The notes: generated by a model from the sequence alone, not told the origin. DNA of 34,585 nucleotides from Candidatus Bathyarchaeia archaeon (GCA_050014495.1 JBEKDF010000029.1:1-34585), one strand, 5' to 3'. Shown: positions 21,556 to 29,951, counted from the stretch's first letter. A program made the numbers and translations.

Positions 21556-21676
21556 AATCACTTTCCTCCATTGTTGAGTACCAGTATTCTCGAGATTGTG
21601 TCGGTATCGATGAGGGAAGGTGTTTAATCTGCCTAACTTTAATCAATAGTTAAAGAAAAATTTCTCAGACGCATTT

Positions 21677-22663
21677 TTACTTAACCTTGGTAATTACCTC
21701 GTATCCGGTTAGACACATAGCTTTGGAGCATGTTACCATCTCATCGACTCGGACATGCTTTTCTACATCGTCAGGATAGCCACGTGGGCCATAGAGACAG
21801 CATTCGATTCCAGCCTTCGCGAGGTGGGCAGTGTCATTACCACAATAGCTTCGAGGTGGGACGGCTCCGATTCTCTTTGGGTATTCACCCGTGACCTTCT
21901 TGTGGTTCTCCTTTAGAAGATTAACGACCTCGCTGTTGGTGCTAACACCCATCGGTGGCATGACCATTCCTCCGACGCGCCACTTTGGATCAATGGGATA
22001 TTCAAACTCGTACCTGAACTCATCGTCCTCCGCCTTGATATCTTCGAGCATCTCTTTCATCCTCCCGTTTATCTCCTCAATTTCGTAGCCTGGCGGGTAT
22101 CTGAAATCAACTATGATTGTGCAGAAGTCGGGGATGTTGTAAGGGCCGGCGAGGTCATATTCTCTGTTACATCCACCGATAATGCTTCCAGCGACCAAGC
22201 GAGGAGCACCGGGGAGGTCCAGATCACGGGCCTCGAACTTCATATTGTCTAGCTTGTCTAGGACCTTTCGCATCTTAGTTATTGCGTTAATACTCTCCTC
22301 CATACGGCTGATGTGCTCGCTACGGCCTATAGTGTGGATAGCGAAATCGTGTACACCAACGCATTTGGTTAGTATGTTGTCGACGCTGTAGGGCTCGGGG
22401 ACGATAGCCATGTCCGCCCAGACCCCCTCTTTGAGGGAGTGGACAGTGCCGACACCTCCCTATAGTTCACCGACGACGCACTCAACTATTAGGTCGCCGT
22501 GAAATTTTGTATTACTTCTTTTTATTGCAAGCGCAGTGCACATCATCGCGGCGTCGCCACTCTTCATGTTGTGGATACCGGCACCCCAGATTCTGTTACC
22601 ATCAACTTTCGGCTCGAAGGGGTCCCACTCCCATGATGCTGTTATGGGGTCAATGTCGAGGTG
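21677..22663 (-). pseudogene. M20 (ArgE/DapE-like) metallopeptidase, 5'-truncated, with internal TAG
   Basis: Frame extends upstream of the listed ORF: HLDIDP..WDPF..GNRIWGAGIHNMKSG..VVGEL*GGVG; TAG 22460-22462; homology ends at the HLD motif and a TAA lies in frame at 22673-22675. Confidence 0.85.
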
Positions 22664-22773
22664 TATGTTACATTATAAATAGGTATATGTCCACTATGTG
22701 TCCGTTATGGATAACATATATGGTATAATTATACTGAAATAATGTTATATAACACGGATATAGATTAAAAGCT

Positions 22774-23892
22774 ATGGCAGAAAGTCCAGCAGTTAAGAAA
22801 TGGCTGAACGCAGTAAATGAGAAAACCGCTAAAGGCTACCTCTGGCACTTTGATGCCTTTCTGAAATGGATGAGGATCAACGGAGGCAAATTCAAAAAAA
22901 TGTCTCCTGATAAACTCGTAGAATTCATACTCGATGGAGGGAAGAGACAAGAAAACGAGATATTAGATTTGAAAAAGGAATATTTGTTAAGCCTCAAGGG
23001 GAGAAGCACCCATAAGGGAAATGCAAACAAGACCCTGAATTCGTTCTTTGCTCATAACCGTGTGCCTCTGCCACGAGACACAACCCTGAGACTCAGAGGT
23101 GATACGCCCAAAGTAGTGGGAACACTAACACCTCAGAATGTTCGAGACGTAGTCATCAAGTCCAATATTTTATACAAAGCCGTGTTTTTGTGTATGCTAC
23201 AAAGCGGACTTGGACAAAACGAGTTTCTGAGGTGGAGCAATTCAGGCTTAGAGGATTTACGGAAACACCTGAAAGATGATTGTATCAAAATAGTTGTGGA
23301 GGGGCGAAAGGGCGATAGAAACGAATATCAATACTACACTTTTGTGGCAGGAGATTCCCTGATAGCTTTAAAAAAGTATATGGTTGAAAGAGACAAGGGT
23401 AAATTTGCTGATAGACCCCAAATATTTCTTAACAGCAGGGGTGAGGCACTCACGCAAGTCGCATTATACCGTTACTGGAACCGTAAATTGGTGAATTTAG
23501 GTATCAAAAACACTGGGGGATGGCAGGGAACCAACATTCACGAGCTCAGGGATGTTTTTCGAACTCTATGGAGAAAGTCGAGTGTAGATGTCGCTTTTGG
23601 GGAGTATTTTATGGGACATAGAGGCTCACTTGACCAGTATGGCTACGATAAAACTGCGGAAGATGTGGGTGAGATGAAGAGGAAATATTTGGAGGCTTTG
23701 CCGATTCTGAATATAATGTCCGAAAATAGACCTCTTGGCTTAGTGAGTTTGGATGAGGTGGAACAGCTTAGAAAGGAACATATCGAGATGAAGGAGAGAA
23801 TAGATTTGCTCGAAAGTATCACAGATCGCCTCACCAAAGAGGACTATGATAGAATGTTCCCTGATAAGGGACCGAAGGATGAGGGAATATAA
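22774..23892 (+). CDS. Tyrosine recombinase/integrase
   Basis: N-terminal SAM-like region; GRK; HELRDVFRT (HxxR); MGH; YGY nucleophile region; box I reads QSGLG..E without the usual Arg. Confidence 0.88.
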   Translation: MAESPAVKKWLNAVNEKTAKGYLWHFDAFLKWMRINGGKFKKMSPDKLVEFILDGGKRQENEILDLKKEYLLSLKGRSTHKGNANKTLNSFFAHNRVPLPRDTTLRLRGDTPKVVGTLTPQNVRDVVIKSNILYKAVFLCMLQSGLGQNEFLRWSNSGLEDLRKHLKDDCIKIVVEGRKGDRNEYQYYTFVAGDSLIALKKYMVERDKGKFADRPQIFLNSRGEALTQVALYRYWNRKLVNLGIKNTGGWQGTNIHELRDVFRTLWRKSSVDVAFGEYFMGHRGSLDQYGYDKTAEDVGEMKRKYLEALPILNIMSENRPLGLVSLDEVEQLRKEHIEMKERIDLLESITDRLTKEDYDRMFPDKGPKDEGI

Positions 23893-24482
23893 GAATGGTG
23901 AAAAAAGGGACCCTTATAATATCCTATTTAGCAGATAGGCTTTGAAGGATAGGGAGTCGTTAATCGTTTTTGGTAGAGCAGCACAGAAACCCTTTAGTCT
24001 AATATCTGATCAGCAGAAACTGGCGACCGGGAAAATGGTGACTAGACTTGTAAATGCTGGTAAGAGTTTGCACGATTGAGTATCAAGTGGAATGTGTGCG
24101 CGACGCAGATTGTTTGAATCGGGAGCTTCAAATCATCTTAATAGAGGTAAATAGTTGTTGACACAAACACACGGACTCATAAGTAGAGTCAAAAACAATA
24201 TTAAGGTTAGTTTTTCAGCTCGATTGATTATGATATATGAAGAATATGAAAAACATGTTAAAGACGAATCATGGGCTCGCGTTTTTCCGATTAAAACTTG
24301 TAGGAAACCCAACTTCTGATAATTTATTGGAGAGATTCCCATGGAAGGTTTGGCGAATCCAAGCTAGGGTTAAAGGATCAAGGCTTTGGCGTACTCCTCC
24401 AAGGGACTTCATCTGACCTAAAAAGTCATAACCTGACATGTAAATTGGTGACGGCATCAAGAACCCTTGCTATCAGGTCAAC

Positions 24483-24680
24483 CTACACCCCCTCCCTAAT
24501 GCGTCTGGGACCCAACTCCTTACCCGGCTCCCACTTCCACTTCTCACGCAGGAAACCCATGTTAGTTTCGCAGCTGGCACATGAACCATTTTTAATTGTC
24601 AAGCCAGTCACCGCTTTTCTACAGTACCCATTTTCGTTATGTTTGCAGTCAGCCACGTCGCAGGATACATTCAATTTCAT
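24483..24680 (-). CDS. Small Cys-rich protein (DUF1540-like)
   Basis: VSCDVADCKHNENGYC...CASCE pattern. Confidence 0.55.
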   Translation of the reverse strand: MKLNVSCDVADCKHNENGYCRKAVTGLTIKNGSCASCETNMGFLREKWKWEPGKELGPRRIREGV

Positions 24681-24893
24681 TCAGCCCCACTCGACCTTTT
24701 TGCTCGATATGACCCCGACAGCCTCAGCGAACTCCTGGCATATGGGCAGCGTGAGGTGAGGATAAGATATTCGTTTACCAAAATACTTCATGTAAGATGA
24801 GGTTTAAGCCAAAGTGAATTTGGGTAGATATTTTCTTAAGGAGAAGGTGGGACTCAGGGGGAGGCGATAACCCCAAACCCAAACAGTTTATGC

Positions 24894-25247
24894 TTACTTG
24901 AACTCGACCCTCAGATCTCCAACCTCATCCCAGACCTCACTCTTCCTGGAACCGGGGATGATCAGATCTCTCCACTTCGGGAACCACTCCTCAGTGAGCC
25001 TCACAAGGTCAGGGTCCTCATTCGCGGCCCTCATCCATCTATCGTAGTCTTCGCGACGCCTATACTCATCTAGGAACATCCAGCTTTCCTCAGACGACCC
25101 TTCCTCGGTGGAGGTGAGGAAACGTGACCTCGTGTAGTAGACCTTCTCCGGGTGGGCTTTCTGGTAGTCCATCATCTCACGCCAGACCTCAAACTGCTTA
25201 GCGTGGTTCTCTTTCTGTATGTGCCATCTAACTATGTTGACGAACAA
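24894..25247 (-). CDS. Hypothetical protein, possibly dimeric alpha/beta barrel
   Basis: TTG start after GGAGTG; FVNIVRWHIQKENHAKQFE..WMFLDEY..REDY..EVW. Confidence 0.65.
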   Translation of the reverse strand: MFVNIVRWHIQKENHAKQFEVWREMMDYQKAHPEKVYYTRSRFLTSTEEGSSEESWMFLDEYRRREDYDRWMRAANEDPDLVRLTEEWFPKWRDLIIPGSRKSEVWDEVGDLRVEFK

Positions 25248-25328
25248 ACTGTTCCACTCCGTTTTCACTTTATTCTGATAGATCCTGAGAAGGAGTATTA
25301 GATTAATTCTTCGTCTTACGCTCACTGA

Positions 25329-25360
25329 GTATCAGGTGGAAGTGAGGATAAGGCTATTGA
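25329..25360 (-). repeat. 32-bp cassette repeat R1
   Basis: TCAATAGCCTTATCCTCACTTCCACCTGATAC, directly after the panE stop. Confidence 0.92.
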
Positions 25361-25364
25361 GGGA

Positions 25365-26297
25365 TTATTGACGGGAAACAACAACCGCGCCATCCTCATA
25401 AGGCTTAAGCACCGCATATACAACATCGCTCAACGGTATCGGCACACCCTTTTCCCTACCCAACCTAACGAGAGCCCTAGTCAACGCACCCAACTCGAGA
25501 CGACGACCCGCCTCAAGATCCTGAAGCAAAGCCGCCTTCGACCACGGAGCATAGTTCTCAAACATCTTCAAAACGCCGTCCACGAAACCCTCGGGGTAAA
25601 AGTGCCCATAAGCCTCAGCAACTGCCACCGACTCCTCAATAGCCCTACGCAGAAGCGCCTGGGTTTCAGGGTTCCCGCGAAGCGGACCAGTGGGCAGTCT
25701 CGTGAGGGCCATGACTGAACTGATGGCGCTGTTAATGGTAAACTTCTCCCACTTCTCCTTACCAATATCCCGACTCAGCTCCGCAGTAATCCGAGCATCT
25801 TTCAAAGTCGATTCGAGGCGTTTCACCCTGCTGGATTCGCCGCCTTCCAGCTCGCCGAAGATGAGTCGTGCGACCCCACCGTGATTAACCACTCCGGGGG
25901 ACTCAACTGCGGTATTGACCCATGATACGCCGCAGATTAGGTGTTCTAGCCCAACTATTTTTCCGACTTTCTCTGCTACATCGATCCCGTTGATTACTGG
26001 CAGAATCATCGTGTCTTCGCTGATCATTGGCTTCATTTGTTCTGAGGCGGCTTTGACGTCGTAGTACTTGACGCAGAGCATGATCAGATCAACGGTGCCT
26101 ACTTCTCCTGGGTTATCAGTGGCTTCGGCGGGTAGCTTGATCTTTCCTAATGTCTTCGACTTCAGTTCAACGCCTCTGGTTTTGAGGGCTTCAAGCGTTT
26201 TTCCCCTTGCTATGAATGTCACGTCGTTGCCCGAGTTTGCCAATAGAGTGCCAAAGAAGATGCCTTGACCTCCACTCCCTACGACTGCTATCTTCAT
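25365..26297 (-). CDS. panE: 2-dehydropantoate 2-reductase (PanE/ApbA)
   Basis: GSGGQG, LCVK, NG, KWEKF..N, QDLEAGRRLE. Confidence 0.9.
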   Translation of the reverse strand: MKIAVVGSGGQGIFFGTLLANSGNDVTFIARGKTLEALKTRGVELKSKTLGKIKLPAEATDNPGEVGTVDLIMLCVKYYDVKAASEQMKPMISEDTMILPVINGIDVAEKVGKIVGLEHLICGVSWVNTAVESPGVVNHGGVARLIFGELEGGESSRVKRLESTLKDARITAELSRDIGKEKWEKFTINSAISSVMALTRLPTGPLRGNPETQALLRRAIEESVAVAEAYGHFYPEGFVDGVLKMFENYAPWSKAALLQDLEAGRRLELGALTRALVRLGREKGVPIPLSDVVYAVLKPYEDGAVVVSRQ

Positions 26298-26314
26298 TCA
26301 TGGTCACAGATCAA

Positions 26315-26346
26315 GTATCAGGTGGAGGTGAGGATAAGGCTATTGA
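26315..26346 (-). repeat. 32-bp cassette repeat R2
   Basis: 31/32 identical to R1; 17 nt before the panE ATG. Confidence 0.92.
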
Positions 26347-26480
26347 AGCTCCTTCAACTCGGGGTGCTCCTCCAAATATCTCATCAACCGATTATTGAGA
26401 AACTCAAACTCACTTGCTAGAAAAGGCTGCCCCTAATTTAACCTCTGATCCATGATAACGGGCATCATCGTCTCTCAGAA
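26340..26480 (-). pseudogene. 3' remnant of a DUF4760-like cassette gene
   Basis: F*ETMMPVIMDQRLN*GQPFLASEFEFLNNRLMRYLEEHPELKELQ* aligns with the C-terminus of 28172..28675 (WWEKY..ETEYL..HPEL). Confidence 0.72.
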
Positions 26481-26503
26481 ACACCTGTGTGCATCAAAGA
26501 TAA

Positions 26504-26560
26504 TACGTCAATTCCTGGGCACAGGAATGTCGGATAATCTCGTTAAGAAGGCGTGTGGAG
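26504..26560 (-). repeat. Outer inverted arm, left copy
   Basis: 45/57 inverted identity with 27363-27419, including a perfect 19-mer CTCCACACGCCTTCTTAAC. Confidence 0.85.
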
Positions 26561-26664
26561 GGCCTGGGTGCTGCACCATTGTGTTGTAGAACATTCATAG
26601 ACTTAGTGATTTGATGTGGTTCACCACAGTTTTAGTGATCTATCACAAAATCGTGGACTACACA

Positions 26665-26735
26665 AGATTTTTTAAAATTAAGCTTTTTCGCGAAAACATA
26701 TGCCAGCCATTATTATATAATATGCCCTGTCATAC
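26665..26735 (-). repeat. Inner inverted arm, left copy
   Basis: Inverted match to 27188-27257: GTATGACAGG, A/T-rich tract, TTTTCGYGAAAA, AAAAATCT. Confidence 0.8.
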
Positions 26736-26764
26736 CCGACACTGCCCTTTTCGCCTATATATCA

Positions 26765-27177
26765 GATGTTCAAGAGTATTACCCATATTCTTGAAAATCA
26801 TAAACCACGACACTACGAGACCCCACATAACATACTAGATAATATCAGAAATAGGGCCCCACATCCCCCATGTAAATCTAATTTAATTATCAAATGTTTC
26901 ATAGTATCGAATTCTACATCACGATACTCTGAAAAATATTCAGATGTTTAAGAGTATCGAATTTGTTTAAGAGTATGCGCCTGCATGGTTTGTTGTTTAG
27001 GAGTATTGTGACGTTTTATTTGATATCATCAAGCATAGTTAATCTAATCAGATTTCCCAGGAGTTATACCTGCCCTATTTCATGTGCAGGTAGGTCTTTC
27101 GGCCTCATGATATACTTGTTTAAGAGTATAGGTAGGTCTCATAAATATACCGATATATAACCATAGTTTATGAGTAT
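26765..27177 (+). repeat. Cluster of 13-bp TGTTTAAGAGTAT-like repeats
   Basis: Exact copies at 26945, 26964 and 27117; variants at 26767, 26895, 26994 and 27165; degenerate inverted copies near 26785 and 26922. Confidence 0.82.
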
Positions 27178-27187
27178 GCGATTGTTT

Positions 27188-27257
27188 GTATGACAGGCTA
27201 TATAATATAGTATATGGTGTACCCCTTTTCGTGAAAAAAACAAAAAACTAAAAATCT
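27188..27257 (+). repeat. Inner inverted arm, right copy
   Basis: Partner of 26665-26735. Confidence 0.8.
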
Positions 27258-27362
27258 AATGTTATGCAAATTTTATGGGATAAATAACTTATTTTTGCTT
27301 CTCCTTGACTGAATAATTTAACATCTGCACCGTGTCCATCAGATCGGGTTCAATATCTAGTT

Positions 27363-27419
27363 CTCCACACGCCTTCTTAACCAAATTACCCAAACCTTTT
27401 GTGCCCAAAAATTGACTTA
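27363..27419 (+). repeat. Outer inverted arm, right copy
   Basis: Partner of 26504-26560. Confidence 0.85.
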
Positions 27420-27480
27420 CCAACTTTTCGAGAGGCTGTAGAATTCTTAATTGTTCTACGTTATCAACACGCCCGTCGAT

Positions 27481-27512
27481 TCCATAGCCTTATCCTCACT
27501 TCCACCTGATTC
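27481..27512 (+). repeat. 32-bp cassette repeat R3
   Basis: 30/32 to consensus; 17 nt before ATG 27530. Confidence 0.92.
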
Positions 27513-27529
27513 TTATTCGTGAACTTGTT

Positions 27530-28081
27530 ATGGTAGACATAGTTTTACTCCAGTCAGCATCGTACGTGGCAGCGGCAATAGGAGTCTGCGTGGCGGCATT
27601 CTACTACGCATTGAACCTCAGAGAAACTACCAGAAACAGACGCGCAACGTTCACAACAAACCTCATGCAAACCCTCTACTCAAAGGAGGGATTCGGCGAC
27701 TTCTTCGACCTCGTCTACATGAAGTGGGACAACTTCGACGACTTCCTCGCCAAATACGATTCGGCGAATAACAGGGAGAACTGCGTGAAGAGGGTATCAT
27801 ACTGGTCAAGAATGGAGACCATAGGCACACAGTACCGGCTTGGGCTACTTGACAGGAATACGATGTATAGAGTGTGTGGCGAGATGATTGCAAATACATG
27901 GGCGAAGTTCAAGCCCGTAATCGATGAGTACAAGAAGAGGGGTGAATTCACAGCTGATTCTTATAGCAATTGGGAGCTCATGGCGAACGAGATGGCTGAG
28001 ATAATGCGTAGAACTAATAAAGCGTGGGCGTTCACTCCGGATACTACTAAAAAGGAAGACTTCGAGTATTCGTACAAGTAG
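27530..28081 (+). CDS. N-terminal TM protein, DUF4760-like family
   Basis: SYVAAAIGVCVAAFYY TM segment, then helical domain (ETIG...GLLD...W.KFKPVI); paralog of the next gene. Confidence 0.8.
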   Translation: MVDIVLLQSASYVAAAIGVCVAAFYYALNLRETTRNRRATFTTNLMQTLYSKEGFGDFFDLVYMKWDNFDDFLAKYDSANNRENCVKRVSYWSRMETIGTQYRLGLLDRNTMYRVCGEMIANTWAKFKPVIDEYKKRGEFTADSYSNWELMANEMAEIMRRTNKAWAFTPDTTKKEDFEYSYK

Positions 28082-28122
28082 TTTGTCAATCTTATTCGCG
28101 CACGCGATTCGCTCTGAATGTC

Positions 28123-28154
28123 TCAATATCCTTATCCTCACCTCCACCTGATAC
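28123..28154 (+). repeat. 32-bp cassette repeat R4
   Basis: 31/32 to consensus; 17 nt before ATG 28172. Confidence 0.92.
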
Positions 28155-28171
28155 TAATCCAGTGAAACAAA

Positions 28172-28675
28172 ATGGTTGACTTAGGTGAGATTCAAACAGT
28201 CTACTACATGATTGCTGCAACGGGGGTGCTAGTAGCAGCAATCTACTATGTGTTAAACATGAGGGCAACCCTCCAGACGAGGCAGGCCCAGCTCTTCATG
28301 AATATATACCAGACAACATACTCCCAGTTCTTCCAAGACGCCCAATACAAGACCTACAGCATAGAGCTGAATAGTCTGGATGATTACAAGAAGATGACTG
28401 AGGATGGTGACAAGTACAAGGCATTCTACATCTACGGCGGCTTCTTCGAGGGTGTGGGTGTACTCGTGAGGGAGAAGCTGGTTGACGTGAGCCTTGTGGC
28501 AAAACTGATGTCTGGAATCACTCTTGGGTGGTGGGAGAAGTATAAGCATCACGTGGAGATCAATAGGAAGGAGTATGGTTTCCCGAGGTATATGATTGAG
28601 ACTGAGTATCTTGCGAAGAGTATCTCTGATTACGGTAAAAAGCATCCAGAACTCGGGATTGCGATACCTAAATAG
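28172..28675 (+). CDS. N-terminal TM protein, DUF4760-like family
   Basis: YYMIAATGVLVAAIYY..RQAQLFMNIY..FFEGVGVLV..WEKY..HPEL. Confidence 0.82.
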   Translation: MVDLGEIQTVYYMIAATGVLVAAIYYVLNMRATLQTRQAQLFMNIYQTTYSQFFQDAQYKTYSIELNSLDDYKKMTEDGDKYKAFYIYGGFFEGVGVLVREKLVDVSLVAKLMSGITLGWWEKYKHHVEINRKEYGFPRYMIETEYLAKSISDYGKKHPELGIAIPK

Positions 28676-28695
28676 ATTTTGATTCTAGTAGCTTT

Positions 28696-28727
28696 TCAAT
28701 AGTCTTATCCTCACTTCCACCTGAGTG
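28696..28727 (+). repeat. 32-bp cassette repeat R5, with no intact gene following
   Basis: 28/32 to consensus; shares downstream TAATCCAGTGAAA with R4. Confidence 0.9.
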
Positions 28728-28898
28728 TAATCCAGTGAAATCGAATATTTTTTTAAAGAATTATCTGAGTGTGTATTCAGAAAAGAGGCGATGGTTCCAC
28801 TTCAATAGATAATAACTATGCAATTAAAGGTCCTATAAAATCAGCGTTTCCATTCAGGGATAGAATGATTCACAGATGTGAACATCAATATAGAAGTA

Positions 28899-29951
28899 CT
28901 ATGATCGATCCGACGATACATCGAAGAAAATCGGTTTACCATTTAAGTGAATAGAAAAGTCAGCGAACACATTGTAGCTCTGCAAATGCAGATCTGGGTT
29001 CATGCCTTCAAAATACGAGGCACGAACATAAGTACCAATCACACTGCGAGGACCATAAGCAACAATCGGACCAAATAGACTGAACGTATACCATCCCTTA
29101 GAAAGAGTTGGAGATCCAAACATACCGTTACCCTCTGTCCTAACAGACCACAGAACAGGGGACCGCCACACGATGTCGGACAGTCTCGGGTTTAGTGGGT
29201 TGGTCAAGTTGAAATATGAACCGACTGTGCCGACGTTGACCCTTGTATCGTTTCTCCAGGCATTCCCTTTCTGAAGCGTCAGATCGAGTTCGTAAACATT
29301 AACTGGATCAACCTGTAGCTCAAGGTGAACAATGGCTCCATCGGATGGTACATAGAAGGTTATAATCGATTTACGGTAGTCGTTAACAGTAGAAGTGGCA
29401 GTCAGGTTCAGGTATGTATATGACATAGGAAAGTCTGAAACTATCTGGATGCCTGAACTCTGCAAAGTGGCTGGTTCTGATAAATTTGCTAGTTCACCTA
29501 ATGGAATCAAGGAGTTTAATTGAGTTGTTGCTGATGTTAACTGGTTTTTTGTTTCGGATAGCGCTGTGGTCTGACTTTGGTAGCTATTGAAGAGTACAAT
29601 GTTGAGTTCTGATAGCGAGGCGGTTGCGATTACAAGCACAAGAATTATTCCTATTAGTAACTTGATGCTTATCCCTTCTTTTTTACGGCTTGTTGGTTCC
29701 TCAACCTTCACTGTAACACCAAGTGCTGCTCTTCCAATCTCGGAGAGAACATATCTACCGTCCTCGCCTTTTTTGACTAGGTCTTTCATATTTTCGAGGT
29801 GGTAATTGAGTAGCCCGTTGTCTATTTCGAGTTGCTTCTGTATCTCAGTATAAGTAGTTGGTGATTGGTCAAGTATACGTAGAATCTTTCTTCTTATTGG
29901 ATGTTTGAGCGCAGTGAATATTGAGGAGTATGTGTCGTCTTCCGTGCTCAT
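28899..29951 (-). CDS. ArsR-type wHTH fused to TM helix, coiled coil and beta-rich domain
   Basis: IFTALKHPIRRKIL..LNYHL..Y.LSEIG; LLIGIILVLVIA TM segment. Confidence 0.82.
   Translation of the reverse strand: MSTEDDTYSSIFTALKHPIRRKILRILDQSPTTYTEIQKQLEIDNGLLNYHLENMKDLVKKGEDGRYVLSEIGRAALGVTVKVEEPTSRKKEGISIKLLIGIILVLVIATASLSELNIVLFNSYQSQTTALSETKNQLTSATTQLNSLIPLGELANLSEPATLQSSGIQIVSDFPMSYTYLNLTATSTVNDYRKSIITFYVPSDGAIVHLELQVDPVNVYELDLTLQKGNAWRNDTRVNVGTVGSYFNLTNPLNPRLSDIVWRSPVLWSVRTEGNGMFGSPTLSKGWYTFSLFGPIVAYGPRSVIGTYVRASYFEGMNPDLHLQSYNVFADFSIHLNGKPIFFDVSSDRS

Noticed and set aside
21556..24480. tRNA attachment site for the integrase
   Set aside because: No cloverleaf or T-loop motif found by eye on either strand
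24681..24791. 36-aa minus-strand ORF abutting the DUF1540-like gene and containing the partial repeat
   Set aside because: Too short to support; a degenerate repeat cannot be distinguished from a chance coding match
26611..27160. Short ORFs listed in the central core
   Set aside because: No family motifs; they arise from the repeats and AT-rich sequence
25329..28727. CRISPR array interpretation of the 32-bp repeats
   Set aside because: Spacers are whole genes of 0.5-1 kb, the repeats lie on both strands, and no cas genes are present
25329..28727. Classical integron attC sites
   Set aside because: No hairpin potential and no RYYYAAC/GTTRRRY boxes; the integrase shows no recognisable IntI features and is convergent with the left array
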